Source: Patescibacteria group bacterium (lineage in GTDB: Bacteria > Patescibacteriota > Patescibacteriia > UBA9934 > GWF2-40-263). From it: DNA of 64,000 bases. Below are positions 25,477-34,352 of this stretch, piece after piece. The first letter of the stretch is position 1. Every line of letters starts with the position of its first letter. A model generated the notes under the pieces. That model had not been told where the DNA came from and made no database searches. It was given only the letters and a program-made list of their open reading frames with translations. The position numbers and the translations under genes are program-made. The stretch lies in assembly GCA_004297215.1 (NCBI GenBank), contig SCUM01000001.1, positions 545,181-609,180 on the forward strand. The letters run 5' to 3'.

Positions 25477-26031
25477 ATGATCATCACCCTCTCCGGCCTT
25501 CCCGGCTCCGGAAAGACCACCATCGCCTCCATGCTCTCCGAGCGGCTTGGCGTGGAATGGTATTCGATGGGCGACCTGCGCGGCAAGATGGCGGCCGAAC
25601 GCGGACTAAGCATCGACGAACTGAATGCGCTGGGCGAGACCGAGGCGTTCACGGACAAGGAGGTGGACGACTACCAGACCAAGCTCGGAGCATCCGGTGA
25701 CGCGTTCGTCATAGACGGGCGGCTCTCGTGGCACTTCATCCCGAAGGCATACAAGGTGTTCCTTTCCGTGGACCCGAAGGAAGGGGCGCGCCGCGTGTTC
25801 GAGGCGCAGAAGGCGCGCGAGCGCGCCGACGAGCGGACGTACGCGTCACAGGACGAGGCTGAGGCGGCGTTGCGCGCGCGCAACGAGAGCGACCAGCGCC
25901 GATACCGGAAATATTACGGGCTCGACATCTTCCAAAAGGCCAACTACGACCTGTGGCTCGACACCACGACGCTCACCCCGCAGCAGATCGTGGCCACGAT
26001 CCTGGCGGCCGTCGAAGCGCGGAAGGCTTGA
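25477..26031 (+). CDS. cmk: Cytidylate kinase, archaeal type (Cytidylate_kin2 family)
   Basis: P-loop MIITLSGLPGSGKTTIASMLSERLG. C-terminal RYRKYYGLDIFQKANYDLWLDTTTL matches archaeal Cmk [25 protein letters not shown]. Confidence 0.75.
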   Translation: MIITLSGLPGSGKTTIASMLSERLGVEWYSMGDLRGKMAAERGLSIDELNALGETEAFTDKEVDDYQTKLGASGDAFVIDGRLSWHFIPKAYKVFLSVDPKEGARRVFEAQKARERADERTYASQDEAEAALRARNESDQRRYRKYYGLDIFQKANYDLWLDTTTLTPQQIVATILAAVEARKA

Positions 26032-26127
26032 CGAATCACCCTCGCCCCGTTACCCTTCCGGCACCTTATTATTGCGTACGAACACTCAGCGGCTTTGCCC
26101 TGTGTTCCTCTGCCCAACGTGAATCCT

Positions 26128-26505
26128 ATGGAAGAGAAGAAGCAGGCCAAGGCGTCCCAGGCCGACGTGGTGGCCATCAAGCCGGCGGACGTGAGGCCCG
26201 GCATGGTGGTGCGCGTGCAGGAAAAGATCAAGGACGTCACCAGCAAGGGCGAGGAGCGCGAACGCCTCCAGGCCTTCGAGGGGACGGTCATCTCGGTGCG
26301 CGGCGCGGGAATCTCCCGCACCATGACGGTGCGCAAGACCGCCGGCGGCTGGGGGGTGGAGAAGATCTACCCGCTCGCCTCCCCGGTGATCGGCGGCCTC
26401 GACCTCGTGCGCCAGTTCAAGGTGCGCCGTGCCAAGCTCAACTATCTCACCGAATGGCGCCAGAATCACAAGCGCCCGATGCGCGAGATGAAGAAGGCGA
26501 AGTGA
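26128..26505 (+). CDS. rplS: 50S ribosomal protein L19 (bL19)
   Basis: VRPGMVVRVQEKIKDV...ERLQAFEGTVISVRGAGISRTMTVRKTAGGWGVEKIYPLASPVIGGLDLVRQFKVRRAKLNYL matches bL19. The start is at MEEKKQAK. Confidence 0.9.
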   Translation: MEEKKQAKASQADVVAIKPADVRPGMVVRVQEKIKDVTSKGEERERLQAFEGTVISVRGAGISRTMTVRKTAGGWGVEKIYPLASPVIGGLDLVRQFKVRRAKLNYLTEWRQNHKRPMREMKKAK

Positions 26506-26507
26506 CA

Positions 26508-26541
26508 AAGAAAAACCGGCCGTCTGGCCGGGTTTTTCTTT
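26508..26541. terminator. Bidirectional rho-independent terminator after rplS, also downstream of the convergent secreted-protein gene
   Basis: aaagaaaaa-ccggccgtctggccgg-gtttttctttg. Confidence 0.55.
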
Positions 26542-26570
26542 GTCATCCTGAGGCTATAGGCCGAAGGATC

Positions 26571-28187
26571 TCAGAGGTTCGACAGGTCCTGGCTGGTGTA
26601 CACGACCCCGCCGAGCGGATAGTCGATCATCTGGCTCTCCTTCACCGTCACGATCCCCTTGTTCCAATCGCGGCCAAACAGGGATTGCGCCGTGGCCTCG
26701 TCCGGGATCGAGTTGAGGCGCAGGTCGGAACCCACCACGAACACCTTGGGCTTCCCTTCGAACTTCACGCGGGTGCCCTTCACGAAGTGGCCGGACGCAT
26801 CCTTCAGGGCCGCGGGCTTCACGCCGGCTCCCGGGACGAACGCGGCGGAATAGATCCCGCTCTTCTTCCCGCGCCAGTACGCGCGGCCGTCCTGGTCCAC
26901 GACCGGCGAGGAGCCGAACCCGATATCGAACGTCACGCCCGTGGCCTGGTCGAGATAGGCGATCTGTTCAAGGCCATTGATGCCGACCGCCTTGCGCCCG
27001 TTCACGTCGAGCACGGCCACGGACAGGTCCTTGGGGGCGGTGGCGCCGTAGAGGCTCTCGATGACCTTGCCCGAGTGCTCGCTCGCGAAATACAGCTTGG
27101 AGCCCTCGAGATGGAACCGGCCATACGCGGCGACGCCGAGGTCCTTGGTCGCGCCGTAGAGGGTGCTCATGTGCACGCGGTCGTCCGCGTCGATCCACGC
27201 CATGCGCCACCCGTCGGACACGTAGGACGCGTTCACGTCGCGGAACCAGGTGATGGTCTCGCCGGTGCGGACCACTGCCGCGTCATCGATGCCGGGACGG
27301 TACGTATGGCGCGTAAAATTCTTGAAGAACTCCGCCGAGCCGTCGTAGCGGAAATGCGCGCCCACGATGTCAGCGTCCGGATCCGTCCAGGTCCCCTTGA
27401 TCGCCTTCATGCTCCCCTTGCGACCGTCGATCACGCGGCTGTCCATGATCCACAATTCCTCGTTGCCGGCCTCGAAGGTGAGCTTCACGAGCGCCCGGCC
27501 GTCGTAGACGTCCTGGATTTCCTCGCGGCGCAGGTCGTAGTGCTGCGTGATGGGATAGGCGACCCCTTCCTGCGCGTCGTACACGAACACGGCCTGCTGG
27601 CGGTACGCCTTGTTCGGGTTCGGATTGTCGTATTCGAACTCGAAGAAATACTGGTCCTCGATCGAGAAGTCGAAATCGAACGCGTCAGCCGCGACATCAG
27701 GATTCTCGGCGAGAGAGACGAGCGGGCTCGTCATCACGTCCACCGAACGCGCGTTCTTCACGAACACGCTGTCGATGACGGTCTTCTTCTGCCCGCTCTT
27801 CACGTCAATCTCGACCACCGCGTACCGGTCAGCCTCGTCATCGATGGGCACGGCGTACATCAGGCGGTTGCCGTTCTTGAAGAAACGGTCCGCGGAGAAC
27901 GCCTCCTTGGGAACGTGCGGAAACGCCTTGCCCGCCCCGTTCTTCACGAGGATCAGGGTATAGAGGCCGCCGGTCTCCGGCTCGGCCACGAATACGCTCT
28001 CCCCGAGGGTGAACGGACCGACCGCGTTCTCGGAAAAGGCGAGCTTTTCCACGCGGTACGCGCCGTAATTCCAGGCCGCATTGGCCTGCAGAGGCGCGAA
28101 ACCGCCGGCGTCCGCACGGACGCCCATCGCAAGCGGCATGGCCACGAGGGCCATGGCGAACGCCGCGGAAGTAAGGATTTTCTTCAT
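26571..28187 (-). CDS. Hypothetical secreted protein (538 aa) with an N-terminal signal peptide
   Basis: MKKILTSAAFAMALVAMPLAMGVRADA is a signal peptide. The rest is hydrophilic and beta-rich with no recognised motif. A GGAAGGA SD-like sequence lies 14 nt upstream. Confidence 0.5.
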   Translation of the reverse strand: MKKILTSAAFAMALVAMPLAMGVRADAGGFAPLQANAAWNYGAYRVEKLAFSENAVGPFTLGESVFVAEPETGGLYTLILVKNGAGKAFPHVPKEAFSADRFFKNGNRLMYAVPIDDEADRYAVVEIDVKSGQKKTVIDSVFVKNARSVDVMTSPLVSLAENPDVAADAFDFDFSIEDQYFFEFEYDNPNPNKAYRQQAVFVYDAQEGVAYPITQHYDLRREEIQDVYDGRALVKLTFEAGNEELWIMDSRVIDGRKGSMKAIKGTWTDPDADIVGAHFRYDGSAEFFKNFTRHTYRPGIDDAAVVRTGETITWFRDVNASYVSDGWRMAWIDADDRVHMSTLYGATKDLGVAAYGRFHLEGSKLYFASEHSGKVIESLYGATAPKDLSVAVLDVNGRKAVGINGLEQIAYLDQATGVTFDIGFGSSPVVDQDGRAYWRGKKSGIYSAAFVPGAGVKPAALKDASGHFVKGTRVKFEGKPKVFVVGSDLRLNSIPDEATAQSLFGRDWNKGIVTVKESQMIDYPLGGVVYTSQDLSNL

Positions 28188-28244
28188 AATATTGGGGGAA
28201 TTCCTTCCTTGGAATAACGCGGGACTATAGCAAAAAAGGGGCCT

Positions 28245-28320
28245 CCCGTCAACCCCGACGCTCCCTAAACGGGAGGTCGGGGCTCCGACCCCAAAGGGCG
28301 TCGGAGTGGGTGGCCCCTTC
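28245..28320. repeat. REP-like nested-hairpin element (copy 1 of 3)
   Basis: tcaaccccgacgc...ggtcggggctccgaccccaaagggcgtcgg. An outer stem ccccgacgc/gcgtcgggg encloses the palindrome GGTCGG(GG)CT CCGACC. Homologous to 33985-34047 (inverted) and 54835-54900. Confidence 0.5.
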
Positions 28321-28334
28321 TTAACGTAATCGCC

Positions 28335-31235
28335 TCACTTGAGCAACGGCTTCAGGAACTCCCCGGTGACGCTCGCCTTCACCTTCACGATCTCCTTGGG
28401 CGTCCCTTCAGCCACCACCTTACCGCCCTTGTCGCCCCCGTCTGGCCCCATGTCTATCACCCAGTCGGCCCCCTTGATGACGTCGAGGTTGTGCTCGATG
28501 ATGACCACGGTGTTCCCCTTGTCCACGAGCTGATGGAGCACGCCGAGGAGCCGCTTGATGTCTTCGAAGTGCAGGCCGGTGGTCGGCTCGTCCAGGATGT
28601 AGACGGTCTTTCCCGTCGCGCGTCTCGACAGTTCCGTGGAGAGCTTCACGCGCTGGGCCTCGCCGCCGGAAAGCGTGGTGGCGCTTTGGCCGAGGCGCAG
28701 GTAGCCGAGGCCGACCTCGTGGAGCACGTCTAGCTTATCGAACACTGCCGGCTGGTCGGCGAAGAAGCGGCGCGCTTCCTCGACGGTCATGTTCAGGACG
28801 TCCGCGATGGACTTCCCCTTGTAGTGGATCTCGAGCACTTCCTGGTTGTACCGCGTGCCGCGGCACTCGGCGCATTCCACGTACACGTCGGGGAGGAACT
28901 GCATCTCGATGCGCCGCATCCCGTCGCCCCCGCACGCCTCGCACCGGCCGCCGCCCTTCACGTTGAAGCTGAACTTCCCGGCGTCGAAGCTTCGCATCTT
29001 CGCCTCCGGCACCTCGGTGAACAGGTCGCGCACGGAGGTGAACACGCCGGTATACGTGGCGGGATTCGACCTGGGCGTGCGGCCGATGGGCGATTGGTCG
29101 ACGGCCACCACCTTGTCGACGTGTTCCAACCCCTTGATGTCCTTGTGCGCGCCCGGATAGAGCTTGGCGCGATAGAAATGGCGGGAGAGCGCCTTCCCGA
29201 GGATGTCGAGGATGAGCGTGGACTTGCCGGAGCCCGACACGCCCGTGACGCACACGAGACGCCCGAGCGGGATCTTCACGTCGATGCCCTTGAGGTTGAA
29301 GGCGGAGGCCCCTTCGATCGTGAGCGCCTTGCCGCTCCCTTTGCGGTACGACTTGGGGAGCGGGATGTTCTTCTTGCCGCAGAGGTAGCTGCCCGTGAGC
29401 GACTCCTTGTCGCGCTCAAGCTGCGCGGGCGTGCCTTCGGCCACGATCTCCCCGCCGTATTCGCCGGCGCCGGGACCCACGTCGAACACGTAGTCGGCCG
29501 CGCGGATCATCGCCTCGTCGTGCTCGACCACGATCACCGAGTTCCCCACGTCCCGCAGGCGCTTGATGGTGCCGATGAGCTGGTCATTGTCGCGCGGATG
29601 CAGCCCGATCGAAGGCTCGTCGAGGATGTAGATGACGCCGGAGAGCGAGCTCCCGAGCTGGCTCGCAAGCCGCACGCGCTGCGCCTCCCCGCCGGAGAGC
29701 GTCATGGCAGAGCGATCGAGCGTGAGATACCCGAGGCCGACGTCGACGAGATGGGAAAGACGCGCCACCACTTCCTTCGCGACGCGTTCAGCGACCATCT
29801 TCTCTTCTTTCGTGAGGTCTGAGGCGTTGAAGGCCTTAGGCGATAAGGCCGCAGGAACGTTCGTCCGCCTGAGGCCTTGTCCGCCTGAGGCCTTGTCCGC
29901 CTTTCCCATCAACCCCTCAAAAAACACCGCGCACTCCTCGATGCTCTTGTTCACCACGTCGGCGATGGACAGGCCGTTGATCGTGATGGCGAGCACCTCC
30001 CGCTTGAGGCGCTTCCCGTCGCATACCGGACACACCATGGTGCGCATGTATCCCTCGAGCTCGTGGCGCACGTAATCGGAATCCGTCTCGCGGTACTTGG
30101 CCTCGAGCTGGGCAAGGATGCCGGGAAAGGTGACCTCCGCTCCGTCGAGTGCGTACGTGTCGTCACCGGTGCCGTAATACACCAGGTTCATCTTCTCCTT
30201 CCCGATCTTTTCGACCGGGACGTTCGTGGAGAACTTATGGCGCTTGCCCACGGCCTCGAGCAGGCGCAGGTAGCTCGTCTGGTTCCCGGCGATGCGCGTC
30301 CACGGCCGCACCGCGCCTTCGGCAAACGACAGGCGCGGATTGGGAATCACGAGCTCGGGCTCAAGCACGAGCTTCACCCCAAGGCCGGTGCAGCCGATGC
30401 AGGCGCCGTATGGGCTGTTGAAGGAAAAGAGACGGGGCTCCGGCTTGGGCAAATTCACGCCGCACTGGAGGCAGGAATAGCTTTGCGAGAAAAGCGTCTC
30501 GTCGCCCGTGTCGTCGCGCACCACGAGCAGCAGCCCGTTGCCGTACTCGAGCGCCTTCTTCACGAGGTCCACGATCTGCGCAGGCGGATATTCGATGCCG
30601 GCACCGAGCTCGGCCACCATCACCTCGATCGTGTGCGCCTTCTTCTTGTCCTTGCGCATGGCGATCGCCTCGTCGAGGTCCATCAGGAACCCGTCGAAGC
30701 GCACGCGGGAGAAATGCGCCGAAGCCGCGGCCACGAGCACGGCCTTGTGCTCGCCACGCACCTCGCGCACGACCGGCGCGAACAGCTGGATGGTCCCTTC
30801 CTTGGCGAGCGAGGTCACCTTCCCGACGATGGAGGTGAGGTCCTGCTCCGAAACCGGCTGTCCGCACGTGGGACAGTGCGGCCGGCCCGCGCGCGCGAAC
30901 AGGAGACGGAGGAAATCGTAGATTTCTGTGACGGTCCCGACCGTGGAACGCGGGTTGTGCGAGGAAGATTTCTGGTCGATGGCGATCGTCGGCGAAAGGC
31001 CGGTGATCTCGTCCACGTCCGGCTTGTCCTGAAGCTCCAGGAACTGCCGCGCATAGCTCGAAAGCGACTCCATGTACCGGCGCTGCCCTTCGGCGTAGAT
31101 GGTGTCGAAGGCGAGCGAGGACTTCCCCGAACCGGACAGGCCGGTGACGACCACCAGCTTGTTCTTTGGGATGTCGACCGAAACGTTTTTCAAATTGTGC
31201 ACGCGCGCGCCACGGACGGAGATGACCTCTTTCAT
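28335..31235 (-). CDS. uvrA: Excinuclease ABC subunit A
   Basis: Start at [54 protein letters not shown]. Two ABC ATPase modules with Walker A/B and LSGGEAQR signatures, plus zinc-finger Cys clusters; ~966 aa. The 16-codon ORF extension upstream of MKEV is repeat-derived. Confidence 0.95.
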   Translation of the reverse strand: MKEVISVRGARVHNLKNVSVDIPKNKLVVVTGLSGSGKSSLAFDTIYAEGQRRYMESLSSYARQFLELQDKPDVDEITGLSPTIAIDQKSSSHNPRSTVGTVTEIYDFLRLLFARAGRPHCPTCGQPVSEQDLTSIVGKVTSLAKEGTIQLFAPVVREVRGEHKAVLVAAASAHFSRVRFDGFLMDLDEAIAMRKDKKKAHTIEVMVAELGAGIEYPPAQIVDLVKKALEYGNGLLLVVRDDTGDETLFSQSYSCLQCGVNLPKPEPRLFSFNSPYGACIGCTGLGVKLVLEPELVIPNPRLSFAEGAVRPWTRIAGNQTSYLRLLEAVGKRHKFSTNVPVEKIGKEKMNLVYYGTGDDTYALDGAEVTFPGILAQLEAKYRETDSDYVRHELEGYMRTMVCPVCDGKRLKREVLAITINGLSIADVVNKSIEECAVFFEGLMGKADKASGGQGLRRTNVPAALSPKAFNASDLTKEEKMVAERVAKEVVARLSHLVDVGLGYLTLDRSAMTLSGGEAQRVRLASQLGSSLSGVIYILDEPSIGLHPRDNDQLIGTIKRLRDVGNSVIVVEHDEAMIRAADYVFDVGPGAGEYGGEIVAEGTPAQLERDKESLTGSYLCGKKNIPLPKSYRKGSGKALTIEGASAFNLKGIDVKIPLGRLVCVTGVSGSGKSTLILDILGKALSRHFYRAKLYPGAHKDIKGLEHVDKVVAVDQSPIGRTPRSNPATYTGVFTSVRDLFTEVPEAKMRSFDAGKFSFNVKGGGRCEACGGDGMRRIEMQFLPDVYVECAECRGTRYNQEVLEIHYKGKSIADVLNMTVEEARRFFADQPAVFDKLDVLHEVGLGYLRLGQSATTLSGGEAQRVKLSTELSRRATGKTVYILDEPTTGLHFEDIKRLLGVLHQLVDKGNTVVIIEHNLDVIKGADWVIDMGPDGGDKGGKVVAEGTPKEIVKVKASVTGEFLKPLLK

Positions 31236-31251
31236 AACGGGAGGGGAGAAA

Positions 31252-31387
31252 AAAACTTGAAACCTGAAATCTTGAAGGACCAAAGGGTGACAGAAAGATT
31301 GAAGGACGAAGTTCGAAATCCCGTTCCTTTATCCTTTCGAACTTTCCATGAACCTTTGGTCCTTCAAGATTTGGTTCTTCAAGTTTT
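31252..31387. mobile_element. AT-rich ~136-bp MITE-like element with terminal inverted repeats (copy B)
   Basis: aaacttgaaacctgaaatcttgaaggaccaaagg ... cctttggtccttcaagatttggttcttcaagtttt. About 85% identical to copy A at 23797-23932. It lies 17 bp upstream of the uvrA start. Confidence 0.6.
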
Positions 31388-31512
31388 TACACACGAGTGC
31401 GCGCATGCTATCAGGGTTTTTCCGGCGGGGCAAGGGGACGGGGTGGCGAAACGAAAATGGCCCGACGCGTCGTCGGAGCCATTCGTGTGACCGTCCCCTG
31501 TCACGCAACCGA

Positions 31513-33045
31513 TCAAGGAATGGCACCGAACCCTTCGGCACGCCTCTCTTCAAACTCCATTTCTTCCTCAATCTCCTCCGCCGACCAGCATTCGTCATTG
31601 ACTCCGGTGCGTTCGACGAACTGACATGGTTGGATTTTTTTCTTCTTCGCGATGTCGCAGGGGTCAAGAGTACACAGCTTCTCGCCCGTCATATCGCCGG
31701 CTTCGTCAATCGTGCCCATGAGCGCTCCCGACACGAGCCATTCGTTTTTCGCTTTCTGTCCCATGTAATCATTGCACGCCTTGATGTCTGCACATCGGAT
31801 CGATAATTCCGCGCAGGTTCCCGCAGCGATAAGGGCGGAACTGACCGCCACGCCAGCACCGACAGCCGCCCCCGTGACAGTGCCAACTCCTGGTACAACC
31901 GTACCGGCTGCAGCGCCTACCGCGACATCGGCTACGACAGCTCCGGCACCGAGCATGGCACTGCTATCGGTCGTAAAGAAGCAGTAGTTCAGCTCCGTGG
32001 GCGTCTGATCTTTCGCGAGTTCTTTCGGCACGTCGTCCTTCTTAAGCTGGCGACAGCTGCCGGCATCAGGCTTAAGGCCGATGGAATTATTTGGCACGGC
32101 GGCCTGACAGCTTACGCAAACCGCCTTGTCCCCGATGCCGGCGCACCGCGCCCCTTCCCCGGCGCTTGGCGGACACTCCATGACCTGGCAGATGGAACCT
32201 GCGGCCACATCGGTTCCCTTTTCGTCCTTCAGGACCGGCTTCGTGGCCCCGCAGAAGTTCAACCCAAGCTTGCCGGCAACGGCATCCCCGGTCTTGAAAC
32301 CCTTATCCTCGAGCGTCTTGCAATCCTTGCTCCCGTCAAGCAGCGTCACCCGCTTCACCATGGGCGTGGCGGGGAGCTCTAGGCGCACTAGCTGCGGACT
32401 CACCGTGTTCAGGATCACGTACGCTCCCATGAGGAGCACGAGGCCGATGAGCGCCTTCTTGATGCGCTCCTTTCCCTTCATCACCTGCTCGCTCATCCCG
32501 GCCCCGATCACGTACTGCAGGCCGCCCACCATGATCATCACGATCGCGATGGTGGTGCCGATGCCCAGCAGGAGGTTGTAGCCTCGTTGGACGTAGTCGC
32601 CCAGGTCGCTCACCTTGCTCACTTCGCCGAGCTTGAAGGACAGGTCGATGTCCGCGTATGTGATGGGGGTGCAGTAGCCCTGTCCGCCAAAGGAAGCGAC
32701 GCAGTCCGGCGCCTGCCCGAGCCACCGTCCCGCCTGGCGGCCCTTCCCGTCCGCCTGGGATTCGCATTCCTTCTGCGTGAAACACAGCGTGTTGTTCTCC
32801 GGCGTGTCGGTGGGCGTCTTGCCGCACATGATCTGCTTCTCCCCGCCTTTCTTGCAGCTGTCAGAACATGCTTCGGGTTGTTGCGGCCCGGTCGTGACGG
32901 CCCCGTTCGGGGAGGTGCAGTAGCACGTGCATGTGGTGGAGGCTGGCGCTGGCGCGGTCTGCGCGAAAACGACCCGCGGCATCGGGGCGAGGAAAGATAT
33001 GGCAAGAAGGAATGCAGCCGCGAGACGAGACATATCACTGCGCAA
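31513..33045 (-). CDS. Cysteine-rich secreted/membrane protein (510 aa) with a VirB2/TrbC-like (T4SS-pilin-like) two-helix hydrophobic core
   Basis: Signal peptide MRSDMSRLAAAFLLAISFLAPMPRVVFA, ~30 Cys in CxC/CxxC arrays. Helix-loop-helix YNLLLGIGTTIAIVMIMVGGLQYVIGAG-MSEQVMKGKERIKKA-LIGLVLLMGAYVILNTV has pilin-like topology. A third hydrophobic Gly/Ala/Val tract follows. The gene overlaps the dsbA-like gene by 11 bp. Confidence 0.5.
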   Translation of the reverse strand: MRSDMSRLAAAFLLAISFLAPMPRVVFAQTAPAPASTTCTCYCTSPNGAVTTGPQQPEACSDSCKKGGEKQIMCGKTPTDTPENNTLCFTQKECESQADGKGRQAGRWLGQAPDCVASFGGQGYCTPITYADIDLSFKLGEVSKVSDLGDYVQRGYNLLLGIGTTIAIVMIMVGGLQYVIGAGMSEQVMKGKERIKKALIGLVLLMGAYVILNTVSPQLVRLELPATPMVKRVTLLDGSKDCKTLEDKGFKTGDAVAGKLGLNFCGATKPVLKDEKGTDVAAGSICQVMECPPSAGEGARCAGIGDKAVCVSCQAAVPNNSIGLKPDAGSCRQLKKDDVPKELAKDQTPTELNYCFFTTDSSAMLGAGAVVADVAVGAAAGTVVPGVGTVTGAAVGAGVAVSSALIAAGTCAELSIRCADIKACNDYMGQKAKNEWLVSGALMGTIDEAGDMTGEKLCTLDPCDIAKKKKIQPCQFVERTGVNDECWSAEEIEEEMEFEERRAEGFGAIP

Positions 33046-33769
33046 GGGCGCGTTCGATGAGGCCGTCGAGGATGTCCTCGGGGATGGCGCCGGGGATCAT
33101 CGTCCCATTGATGAAGAAGGTGGGCGTGCCTTCGACGCCGGCTTCCAGGCCGGCCTGGTAATCTTCGAGCACGGCGGTGCGCACGGAGGGGTCCGCCACG
33201 CAGGCGTCGAACGCGACGAGGTCGAGGTTGGCCTCGCGCGCGAGCGCCTTGAGGCGGGCCGCGCCGAGATCGGACTGGGAAAGATAGAGCTTGTCATGAT
33301 ACTCCCAGAACTTTCCCTGCGTGCCCGCGCACGAAGCGGCGATGGAAGCGCCGAGCGCGTCGGGATGCAGCTCGCCGAGCGGGAAATCGCGGTAGGCGTA
33401 TCGGATGCGGTCGCCGTACTTGGCCGCGAGGGATCGCATCGTGAAGCTCGACGCGCGCGAGAACGGGCAGGCGAAATCCGCGAACTCGACGATCGTCACC
33501 TTCGCGTCCGGCGCGCCGAGGGCGGGCGCGGAGGCGCGGTCCGTCGCCTCGGAGGTCGTGCCGGACGAGAGCGCGGAAGCGACCGCGCTCGGCGTGTAGT
33601 TCGACAGGAAGGCGAGATCGGAACGCGTGATGGACCCGGCCTGGATGAGCCGCGCGTAGTGTCCCACGCGGTACGCGAACGACCCCGCGGCGGCGAGCGC
33701 AACGAGCACGCCGGCCGTGACGATAAGCGTTCGACGACGCGTCGACGATGTCGGGATGGGAGAATCCAT
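33035..33769 (-). CDS. DsbA-family thioredoxin-fold thiol:disulfide oxidoreductase with a CPFS (CxxS) active site
   Basis: N-terminal anchor MDSPIPTSSTRRRTLIVTAGVLVALAAAGS. VTIVEFADFACPFSRASSF follows the DsbA/BdbD pattern VxVEFxDyxCPxC with the second Cys replaced by Ser. The C-terminal TPTFFINGTMIPGA carries the cis-Pro-loop region. Confidence 0.7.
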   Translation of the reverse strand: MDSPIPTSSTRRRTLIVTAGVLVALAAAGSFAYRVGHYARLIQAGSITRSDLAFLSNYTPSAVASALSSGTTSEATDRASAPALGAPDAKVTIVEFADFACPFSRASSFTMRSLAAKYGDRIRYAYRDFPLGELHPDALGASIAASCAGTQGKFWEYHDKLYLSQSDLGAARLKALAREANLDLVAFDACVADPSVRTAVLEDYQAGLEAGVEGTPTFFINGTMIPGAIPEDILDGLIERALAQ

Positions 33770-33783
33770 TGGGAAAGTATAGC

Positions 33784-33851
33784 ATGTAGGATGTAGACTG
33801 TAGGATGAAGGATGGGACAAATTATCCTACATCCTACATTCTTCATCCTAC
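33784..33851. repeat. Cargo-less palindromic copy of the inverted repeats that flank the four-helix-bundle cassette
   Basis: tgtaggatgtagactgtaggatgaaggatggg-acaaattat-cctacatcctacattcttcatcctaca. The left arm nearly equals the reverse complement of the 25429-25472 IR. It lies immediately upstream of the dsbA-like start. Confidence 0.5.
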
Positions 33852-33984
33852 ATATCGCCCCTATGGAGGAAGCCGCACACAAAGGCCTGGAGCGTTCGAA
33901 GCGTCGCGAAAAGAAAGGTCGCCCCAAGATGAAGGTGTCGGGACGCGGCATGAAGCGCTTCGCGGGCGCCAAGAAGACCGTCCC

Positions 33985-34047
33985 GCCCCGACGCCCTTTG
34001 GGGTCGGGGTCCCGACCATCGCCGGGAGCGATGCGTCGGGATTGACG
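33985..34047. repeat. REP-like nested-hairpin element (copy 2, inverted orientation)
   Basis: gccccgacgccctttggggtcggggtcccgacc...gcgtcgggattgacg, related to the 28245-28320 and 54835-54900 elements. Confidence 0.45.
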
Positions 34048-34082
34048 ATTCGGGGCGAAAATGGTATGATTTCGCCGTCTTT

Positions 34083-34304
34083 ATGAACACCAACGCCATC
34101 CTCAACGCCGCGGAACTCGCGCTTGCCGTGCTGCTTGCGGCCTCCATCCTGCTGCAGTCGCGCGGCTCGGGACTTTCGTCCGCCTTCGGCGGCGAAGGGA
34201 ACGTGTACCGCACCAAGCGCGGCATCGAGAAGCGCCTGTTCCAGGGCAGCGTCGTCCTGTCGATCCTGTTCCTCGGCGTCGCCCTGGCCAATGCCCTGGT
34301 GTAA
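34083..34304 (+). CDS. secG: Preprotein translocase subunit SecG
   Basis: 73 aa: MNTNAILNAAELALAVLLAASILLQSRGSGLSSAFGGEG...VVLSILFLGVALANALV. It has the two TM helices and the Gly-rich LLQxxxGxGLSxAFGG loop characteristic of SecG. Confidence 0.75.
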   Translation: MNTNAILNAAELALAVLLAASILLQSRGSGLSSAFGGEGNVYRTKRGIEKRLFQGSVVLSILFLGVALANALV

Positions 34305-34352
34305 CGCCCTGTGTTCCGCCGCCCCCCACCCCAGGGACCCAAGGACCTGGCC

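Noticed and set aside
28824-31490. Plus-strand ORFs 28824..29822 and 30063..31490 opposite uvrA
   Set aside because: uvrA is unambiguous. The second ORF terminates in repeat-derived sequence (…PLVLQDLVLQVF), showing it is an artefact.
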